Below, one piece after another: positions 57,674 through 64,000 of a stretch of DNA of 64,000 bases. The DNA is taken from NCBI GenBank assembly GCA_025677605.1, contig GCA_025677605.1_4110.1; one strand, 5' to 3'. The position numbers and the translations under genes are program-made. Below the pieces are notes generated by a model that was not told where the DNA came from, did no database searches, and saw only the letters and a program-made list of their open reading frames with translations. Every line of letters begins with the position of its first letter. The stretch's first letter is position 1. The stretch is from a phage.

Positions 57674-57709
57674 TTGATTAAATATAGTATAATGAATAAA
57701 GGAGGAATT
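57674..57709 (+). promoter_or_regulatory. Conserved cassette leader (TATAAT box without -35, plus SD)
   Basis: TTGATTAAATATAGTATAATGAATAAAGGAGGAATT; TATAAT 57688..57693; repeated 5 times in front of the beta-propeller genes. Confidence 0.5.
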
Positions 57710-58606
57710 ATGTTACCTTTTGTTAGAATGTTTAAGTACGGGAATGTAGGTCCATTACCTGGCCCAAATGGTGGAGTACGAACACCATTTACTACAACAC
57801 CCGTACCTTCAGCACGAAATAACTTTGGTTATACGTATGATGCGGAAAGTAATATTGCTTATATATTTGGTGGTATACAGAATGCGGTGCAGACGGATAA
57901 TCAGTTATGGAGTTTTAATTTAACTACAAGAACGTGGTCACAATTAGCCAATGCACCTGTATCTACATTTGGTAGTGCGTTATGTGCTTATCAGGGAAAA
58001 ATATATTTGTTTGGTGGTTCAGGTAATAGTAGTAATAATTTTTATGTATATAATATAAGTACAAATACATGGATTCTGAACACTAACAGTATTGGGAAGC
58101 CTAGTCAACTGGCGTATAGTAAGATGATTACTGCTGGGGATAAGATATATTTGTGGGGTTCGCCTACTAATAATTCGTTATACAGTTATACTCCAAGTAC
58201 TAATACATGGTCATCATTAGGTACAAGTGATGGAACAAATAACAATGGAGGTGGTGATATGTGTACGGATGGTACTTACATATATATTACTGGTCAAGGT
58301 ACTAGTACTGCACAAAAATATCATATACAAAGTGCGGTGTGGTCTAACATAGCACCAGTTGGTGGTAATAACCCTAGTAAAATATGTTACAGTACATATG
58401 ATAAAAATATATATGCAGTGTCGTATGGTGCATTAAATTTATTGAGATACGATGCAGAAGAAGACATATGGATTCCCTTAGCGGTTAATACTACTTTGAG
58501 TAGTAGTACTGGTGCGTTATTTGGTTCTAAGAATAGTGCTGAGATATTTTATGTACTTGGTTTTGACAATGGCACTCGTGTTAATACGCAGTATGTTTTT
58601 AAATAA
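57710..58606 (+). CDS. Kelch-repeat beta-propeller protein with conserved MLPFVRM N-terminus
   Basis: Track ORF trimmed to MLPFVRMFKYGN (AAAGGAGG SD). 5-6 Kelch-like units, e.g. IYIFGG..LWSFNLTTRTW, KIYLFGG..YVYNISTNTW, KIYLWG..YSYTPSTNTW. Confidence 0.75.
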   Translation: MLPFVRMFKYGNVGPLPGPNGGVRTPFTTTPVPSARNNFGYTYDAESNIAYIFGGIQNAVQTDNQLWSFNLTTRTWSQLANAPVSTFGSALCAYQGKIYLFGGSGNSSNNFYVYNISTNTWILNTNSIGKPSQLAYSKMITAGDKIYLWGSPTNNSLYSYTPSTNTWSSLGTSDGTNNNGGGDMCTDGTYIYITGQGTSTAQKYHIQSAVWSNIAPVGGNNPSKICYSTYDKNIYAVSYGALNLLRYDAEEDIWIPLAVNTTLSSSTGALFGSKNSAEIFYVLGFDNGTRVNTQYVFK

Positions 58607-58618
58607 TTTGGAGGAATT

Positions 58619-59761
58619 ATGTTACCTTTTGTTAGAATGTTAGAGTACGGGAATATTGCACCAGAACCAAAACCTCTATTTAAAAATAGATTACAAGCAA
58701 ATTATAATACTCGTTTTTATTTGCATGTTAATGGTGACTTGTACTGGTATGGTTCATCTTCATTTGGACAAGGTGGTAATGGTTCATTACAATCATCCAC
58801 CGTATGGACCCGTGTGAATAATAATATTGAACGTTACTGGGGTGGTGTTCTTGGTTCCATTGCCATTAAGAATGATGGAACTATTTGGTTCACAGGTGCT
58901 AGTATAGTAATGCCACAAATCGGAACAAATACAAATGGGGTTTGGATTGATGTAACCCAGTACTTCACTGATTTTGGTGTCAGTGCTGATGATATTGATG
59001 GTATTGCTGTTGGGCAGAATTTGCGTGTATTTTTAAAAAATGGAAAATGGTTCTACTGTGGTGCTGGCGAAGGTGGTGTATTTGGTAACGCGTCAACAGC
59101 TAATGTCACATCGTTCAGATACAGCACTATAGAAAATGTTAAAAGTTATGGCTGTTCTTTGCTCAGTACTGGGTTAGTACTTGATGATGGCTCCTATTGG
59201 TATGCAGGAAATACTGTTGCTCCTGGTAGTACAAAAACATCAAATATATTAAGTTTTACAAAAGACAATACGATCACCAATGCTATACAAGCTGTAAATA
59301 CATACCGTACTTCATATATATTTCTTAATGATGGTTCAGTGAAGGTTGCTTCACCAAATGCATATGGTCAAGCTGGTGTAGGTACAGTATCAGCAGTACC
59401 AATGAGTACATTAATTCCCAATTTATCATTCCAAGGTGAAATAGAGTTGGTGGGTGGTTTATCCAACAACGAAGGGAATGGATGTGTTGTTAAAAATAAT
59501 AATAAGTTATATACTTGTGGTCGAAATACCTATGGTGCATGTGGTGTTAATCAAACATCCGAAAATATACTAACTTTCACCGAAATGGTTCTTGATGCAT
59601 TAGAAGGAAGACGAATTTCAGGCTTCGTAATTGATAATTTCTATTCAATGATAATTGATGAAAATAACAATTTGTATATGAGTGGTTTACCTGAACTTGG
59701 AAATGTTCCAGCCGTTAGAGTACCAACCAGAGTTCCTGATTCACTTCTACCGTGGAAATAA
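58619..59761 (+). CDS. RCC1-like repeat beta-propeller protein with MLPFVRM N-terminus
   Basis: 380 aa; GGAGG SD. Repeats such as LYWYGSSSFGQGGNG, WFYCGAGEGGVFGN, SPNAYGQAGVG, LYTCGRNTYGACGVN. Confidence 0.7.
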   Translation: MLPFVRMLEYGNIAPEPKPLFKNRLQANYNTRFYLHVNGDLYWYGSSSFGQGGNGSLQSSTVWTRVNNNIERYWGGVLGSIAIKNDGTIWFTGASIVMPQIGTNTNGVWIDVTQYFTDFGVSADDIDGIAVGQNLRVFLKNGKWFYCGAGEGGVFGNASTANVTSFRYSTIENVKSYGCSLLSTGLVLDDGSYWYAGNTVAPGSTKTSNILSFTKDNTITNAIQAVNTYRTSYIFLNDGSVKVASPNAYGQAGVGTVSAVPMSTLIPNLSFQGEIELVGGLSNNEGNGCVVKNNNKLYTCGRNTYGACGVNQTSENILTFTEMVLDALEGRRISGFVIDNFYSMIIDENNNLYMSGLPELGNVPAVRVPTRVPDSLLPWK

Positions 59762-59768
59762 TATAATA

Positions 59769-59797
59769 GCCAGTACTCTGTACTGGCTTTTCTTATT
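59769..59797 (+). terminator. Rho-independent terminator
   Basis: GCCAGTAC-TCT-GTACTGGC followed by TTTTCTTATTT. Confidence 0.75.
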
Positions 59798-59833
59798 TGT
59801 ATTAAATATAGTATAATGAATAAAGGAGGAATT
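59798..59833 (+). promoter_or_regulatory. Conserved cassette leader
   Basis: TATAAT 59812..59817; AAAGGAGG SD. Confidence 0.5.
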
Positions 59834-60943
59834 ATGTTACCTTTTGTTAGAATGTTAGAGTATGGGAATATTGTACCCGGTCCTAAAAATATAATTAAAG
59901 TTGGTGCTTCTACACAAGGTCAATTCTTATTGACTGATTCACATGATTTATATTACATAGGTAGAAATCAAGGTGGTGAATCTGGAAATGGTAATAACAA
60001 CACGGTATCTTCATGGATATTAGTAAGTTCAGATGTTTCTAATTTTTTCGTGGGTGGTCGTACACTTGTTATTATTAAAAATGATAATACGATATGGACA
60101 TCGGGTGAAACGTACTGGTTCTCATCTTCTACAACTACTTCTTACAGTACTATATTAGTTGAAAGGACTAATTGGTTTACCAATGCTATACCAGTGAGTG
60201 AAATTGCTAATATTGTATGTACAAATGGTTTAATATTTGTACTTAGCACTAGTTCAGTACTCTATGGTGCAGGAGATAATGGATATCGTGGTTCTTTAGG
60301 TATTGGCTCATCATCGATTTACACATTAACTCAATGTGCTACTAACGTGCGTAAAGTAATGACTAATGCAAATGATAGTATGTATATTACATTAGATAAT
60401 AAGCTATATAGTTCTGGATGGAATAGCAGTGGGCAGCATGGTACAGGGGACCAAACACAAATTAACACTTGGGGATTACGTAGTTCTGGTGTAATCGATG
60501 CAGCGATTGGTGGTAATGCATTTAATTACTATAATGGTACATCATATTTCGTATGTGGTCAAACTCCAAACTTTCTTAGTTCAGGTACGACTACATTCCG
60601 TGCAGTTCCTGTAAGTACTTTGCCTAATAGTTCTCCGTTGTTTATGACGAATTCACCTGCATTAAATACTGCTACACAAATGGTAATTACTAGTACATAT
60701 CAGAAGGGTGTTGGGGCGAACCGTGGTTTGGGATTAAACAATTCTCAAACTGGTGCTATATATAGTGCTACAAATTTACAATTACCCGTTGAAGTTAGTG
60801 AGATTAGGGATGTTCTTTTTAGTGATGGTTTGACTTCAATATTAACCAAAGATGGAGATGTATATAGTACTGGAACGTATTACGCCATTCCTGGTGCAAG
60901 CGAGGATGTTGCAGTCTTTACTAAAATTGATTTACCAAAATAA
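59834..60943 (+). CDS. RCC1-like repeat beta-propeller protein with MLPFVRM N-terminus
   Basis: Track ORF trimmed to MLPFVRMLEYGN. Repeats LYYIGRNQGGESGNG, LYGAGDNGYRGSLGIG, LYSSGWNSSGQHGTGD. Confidence 0.7.
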   Translation: MLPFVRMLEYGNIVPGPKNIIKVGASTQGQFLLTDSHDLYYIGRNQGGESGNGNNNTVSSWILVSSDVSNFFVGGRTLVIIKNDNTIWTSGETYWFSSSTTTSYSTILVERTNWFTNAIPVSEIANIVCTNGLIFVLSTSSVLYGAGDNGYRGSLGIGSSSIYTLTQCATNVRKVMTNANDSMYITLDNKLYSSGWNSSGQHGTGDQTQINTWGLRSSGVIDAAIGGNAFNYYNGTSYFVCGQTPNFLSSGTTTFRAVPVSTLPNSSPLFMTNSPALNTATQMVITSTYQKGVGANRGLGLNNSQTGAIYSATNLQLPVEVSEIRDVLFSDGLTSILTKDGDVYSTGTYYAIPGASEDVAVFTKIDLPK

Positions 60944-60949
60944 CATAAT

Positions 60950-60977
60950 GCCAGTACTTGATACTGGCTTTCTTATT
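60950..60977 (+). terminator. Rho-independent terminator
   Basis: GCCAGTA-CTTGA-TACTGGC followed by TTTCTTATTT. Confidence 0.75.
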
Positions 60978-61014
60978 TGTATTAAATATAGTATAATGAA
61001 TAAAGGAGGAATAT
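60978..61014 (+). promoter_or_regulatory. Conserved cassette leader
   Basis: TATAAT 60992..60997; AAAGGAGG SD. Confidence 0.5.
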
Positions 61015-62194
61015 ATGTTACCTTTTGTTAGATTGTTTGATTATGGGAATGTTGCCCCTATTAAAGATACTGTTGTTAAAATTAATAGTGATGAAAATTC
61101 AATAAGCGTATTATACAGTGACGGGTCATTATATATGCGTGGACGGAAACCAATCAGCAAAAATGGGAGTTACTGGTTCATCTTTTTTAGATAGATGGGT
61201 TTTATGTCCTTATAGTGTTGATGATTTCTGGAGTTCTTTATATTGTACTATAATTAGAACAAAACAAGGGGAATTGTACTATAGTGGAACTAACTCAGTT
61301 TTTGGTATATCATCTTCTGTTTCAACATGGACTCGTTGTGAATCATATTTTGGATCTATCTCGGCGAGTTCTATAAAAGATATAAAAATAACATCAACAA
61401 CCAGTACTAACAATTCTATGCTAATACTCACAAGTGACGGTCAGTTATATGGTATAGGCATGAATGGTGCAAGTGAATTGGGTACAGCAACTGCACCAAT
61501 TACATCTCCACTCTTAATTGACACTAGTGTAACTGCAATTGCATCTAGCGAAATGAGCAGAAACTTTCACTATATAAAAGATGGTATATATTATCGTTGT
61601 GGTGAGAATACTTTTTATCAATTAGGGACAGGTGATAATAATCCAATTACGACTTTTACTGCATTGAATCTTGCAAGTTCTCAAGTAATTGCAGTACAAG
61701 CTACACGATGGGTAACACGTTTGATTGTTCAAAGTAGTACATCTGCTTTGTCTTTAATGGCGGCTGGTTGGAACACACAGTTGACTATAGGTGGTTCTGA
61801 AAATACTGGTATAATAAGGTCATCATTTACTACAAATCCCTATACCGATATAACAGCAAATTCATTCGATAAACTTTCACCAGTATCCTATGTTAATGCA
61901 ATAAAATCCAGTACTAACATTATTAATACGAATGGTAAGGGATATAATTCTAATGGTGCTGGTTTAGGCCGCAACGCATTCTCTGGGAATTATGGTTCAA
62001 TATTACCAATAGAATTCTTTGATGATAGTGTTGACTTATCACATGTTGAGTGGTTTGGTACGATTGGTAATGGTTCAGTATCGGTAGTTAGTATAGGTGA
62101 GGATTTATACTGGACTGGAAACCCTGGGTATTTTACTGAACAAGGTGAGACTGGATATATATATAAATTCAAAAAGTGCATTCCTTTTAGATAA
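61015..62194 (+). pseudogene. Frameshifted RCC1-like beta-propeller paralog
   Basis: MLPFVRLFDYGN...LYSDGSLYMRG is in frame 1 (stop at 61192..61194). The homologous continuation GNQSAKMGVTG... is in the +1 frame (track ORF 61118..62194). One extra nucleotide near 61144. Confidence 0.6.
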
Positions 62195-62202
62195 TCACAA
62201 TA

Positions 62203-62229
62203 CCAGTACTTGATACTGGCTTTTCTTTT
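62203..62229 (+). terminator. Rho-independent terminator
   Basis: CCAGTA-CTTGA-TACTGG followed by CTTTTCTTTTTT. Confidence 0.7.
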
Positions 62230-62265
62230 TTGATTAAATATAGTATAATGAATAAAGGAGGAAAT
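62230..62265 (+). promoter_or_regulatory. Conserved cassette leader
   Basis: TATAAT 62244..62249; AAAGGAGG SD. Confidence 0.5.
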
Positions 62266-63456
62266 ATGTTACCTTTTGTTAGAATGTTTGATTACGGGAA
62301 TATAACACCAGTCCCTATTCAAATTAAGAAAATATCACCAACTGATTTAGATGTTGTCGTTCTTTATACGGATGGTCAACTATACGCACGTGGAAATAAT
62401 AGTTTTGGGAAGTTTGGTAGAGGAAATAGTAATGCAGTAAAGTCATGGACCTTAATTAGAGAAAATGTTAAAGATTTCTGGGTGTCACAAGGAACTTTGT
62501 TAGTACAAGATAATGACTTAAATTATTTTTATTGTGGATACGGTGATCATGTTGGTTTACCAACTAGTACTACAACATTTTTAAGTTATAACCAATATAT
62601 TGAAAATTTATACACACAAAGTTCAAGTACTTCAATTAAACAGATGTATGCAGGCACTACGTGGTTTACTTTCTTAATGGATAATAATACAATATGGAGT
62701 ACTGGTTGGAGTGGGGCTAGACAATTCGCTGATGGTACTGGAAAAACTCAACAAATAACAGATGGATCATTTGTAAAAGCTGTCACGCCTAATGTTGATA
62801 TTGCACAAATACAGTCAACAAATAACTGTGTAATGTTTTTTGATACACAAAATAATTTATATATTGGTGGTGGTACGTCAGGTATAAGTACCAGTACCAC
62901 ATGGACACCATTTAATGAATATACTTTATATAAACCAAGTACAACATACACAAAAACGTTACAATACACTGGATGCTCAAGTGGTGCAGTCAGTGCTTTG
63001 GTTGAGAATCCAAGTACTGGTGCACGTCAGTTTCTAGTTGGTGGTTTAGCGAGTAATGGTGCATGGGGTAACAATACCACAACCAGTTCGGCACTTGCTG
63101 TATTAGGGAGCAATAGTACGACATTACCAACTGGAACTTTGTATTCAATTCATACAGGATACCCAACACAATCTAGTATACTAGTTACGAGTACTGGTGT
63201 ATATGCAACTGGTTTAAATGCGAGTAGTTATGCTGGTTCGTTGGGTGTTGGTTCTAATGTTACTATTGGTAGATTTACTATATGTCCAATGCCAGCAGAA
63301 ATATCATATTCTATGTATGATAAAATAAAAATATATCGCGGTTCGTATCGTACTTTTCTAACTGCTGATATGAAAAATATATATTCAACCGGAACGTATG
63401 ATGATGGTGGTCCTAGTACAAATAGATATGTTCTGGATACACCTAGACAATTGTAA
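62266..63456 (+). CDS. RCC1-like repeat beta-propeller protein with MLPFVRM N-terminus
   Basis: Track ORF trimmed to MLPFVRMFDYGN. Repeats LYARGNNSFGKFGRGN, IWSTGWSGARQFADGTG, GGLASNGAWGN. Confidence 0.65.
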   Translation: MLPFVRMFDYGNITPVPIQIKKISPTDLDVVVLYTDGQLYARGNNSFGKFGRGNSNAVKSWTLIRENVKDFWVSQGTLLVQDNDLNYFYCGYGDHVGLPTSTTTFLSYNQYIENLYTQSSSTSIKQMYAGTTWFTFLMDNNTIWSTGWSGARQFADGTGKTQQITDGSFVKAVTPNVDIAQIQSTNNCVMFFDTQNNLYIGGGTSGISTSTTWTPFNEYTLYKPSTTYTKTLQYTGCSSGAVSALVENPSTGARQFLVGGLASNGAWGNNTTTSSALAVLGSNSTTLPTGTLYSIHTGYPTQSSILVTSTGVYATGLNASSYAGSLGVGSNVTIGRFTICPMPAEISYSMYDKIKIYRGSYRTFLTADMKNIYSTGTYDDGGPSTNRYVLDTPRQL

Positions 63457-63463
63457 TAATTTC

Positions 63464-63491
63464 GCCAGTACTTGATACTGGCTTTTCTTTT
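63464..63491 (+). terminator. Rho-independent terminator
   Basis: GCCAGTA-CTTGA-TACTGGC followed by TTTTCTTTTTT. Confidence 0.75.
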
Positions 63492-63527
63492 TTGATTAAA
63501 TATAGTATAATGAATAAAGGAGGAAAT
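63492..63527 (+). promoter_or_regulatory. Conserved cassette leader
   Basis: TATAAT 63506..63511; AAAGGAGG SD. Confidence 0.5.
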
Positions 63528-64000
63528 ATGTTACCTTTTGTAAGAATGTTGGATTATGGAAATAAAGTTTTACCATATATTCCCAATTTTGTTAAATTAG
63601 TTACACCATCGTGTGGTTATTCATATACATGTACAATGATGCTTGATAAAAATGGTTCAATATGGGCTATAGGTTTTCAGAATGGTGGAATTTTTGGTTT
63701 AGGTCATACTAATCCAGTAACTGAATGGACAAAAATATATAGCAATGTTAAAGATTTTTGGTGCAGTACAATGAACGCTTTTTGTCTAATACGCACAAAT
63801 GATGATAGATTCTTTTATAGTGGTTTAGATAAATGGCTGGGTAATAATACAACCAATAATATAACAACATTCACAGAATGTACAAGCTATTTTACACAAT
63901 TTGGAATTTCAAGAATTAAAGATATATACGTGGGTTATGATTATGCTTTGATTTTAGGTACAGATAATAGTTTATATTTGTTAGGTGATAATACTGGTTA
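63528..64000 (+). CDS. Beta-propeller paralog with MLPFVRM N-terminus (partial; runs off the window)
   Basis: Hand translation MLPFVRMLDYGNKVLPYIPNF...IWAIGFQNGGIFGLGHTN... is open to the window end; not in the track because no stop is reached. Confidence 0.65.
   Translation, partial: MLPFVRMLDYGNKVLPYIPNFVKLVTPSCGYSYTCTMMLDKNGSIWAIGFQNGGIFGLGHTNPVTEWTKIYSNVKDFWCSTMNAFCLIRTNDDRFFYSGLDKWLGNNTTNNITTFTECTSYFTQFGISRIKDIYVGYDYALILGTDNSLYLLGDNTG

Noticed and set aside
1-64000. AGTACT sites as genuine SlmA-binding sequences (GTGAGTACTCAC)
   Set aside because: Only the central hexamer matches. The flanks here are mostly C/T..G/A (CAGTACTG) rather than GTG..CAC. It is mentioned only as something to test.
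1-64000. A diversity-generating retroelement or retron as the driver of the paralog diversity
   Set aside because: No reverse transcriptase ORF and no template/variable repeat pair with A-specific mismatches was seen. The divergence looks like ordinary old duplication.

Overview
AT-rich (roughly one-third GC by eye), almost fully coding DNA with the look of a large virulent phage of an enterobacterial-type host. That host guess is inference from near-consensus sigma70 promoters and E. coli-type Chi octamers. I saw no rRNA, tRNA or CRISPR.

Layout:
1. 35-26,946, minus strand: about 45 tandem paralogs of one novel protein family (family A). They share an acidic-x-[FYLW]-F-Q-x-S-[TL] motif and a C-terminal FYxDL motif. 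A clear methyl-accepting chemotaxis protein (MCP) homolog (6092..7504) sits inside the array.
2. 26,371-31,315: an uninterrupted, translationally coupled operon of 21 tiny LGTNYQ-motif proteins (family B), with 4 more copies further left.
3. 31,382-32,203: a nuclease-like gene.
4. 32.4-51.3 kb: an early-region-like block of about 70 very small minus-strand genes. Most have their own TTGACA/TTGCAA-16/17-TATAAT promoter followed by a conserved GGGGAGAA/TTCTCCCC leader hairpin. This block also holds a mini protein kinase, 8 co-oriented Chi sites, terminator-embedded promoters and a repeated conserved-core module.
5. 51,535-52,044: an HNH homing endonuclease.
6. 52.05-53.78 kb: an ORF-free control region with outward promoters, an iteron-like array and phased 8-mers.
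7. 53.8-57.6 kb: 16 tiny family C paralogs.
8. 57.7-64.0 kb, plus strand: seven cassettes (terminator, promoter-like box, SD, MLPFVRM N-terminus) encoding Kelch or RCC1-like beta-propellers. One of them is frameshifted.

The palindrome AGTACT is strikingly over-represented throughout. Several ORF-track starts were trimmed where the extension runs through a promoter or hairpin. Sixteen ORFs shorter than 60 aa were added by hand translation.
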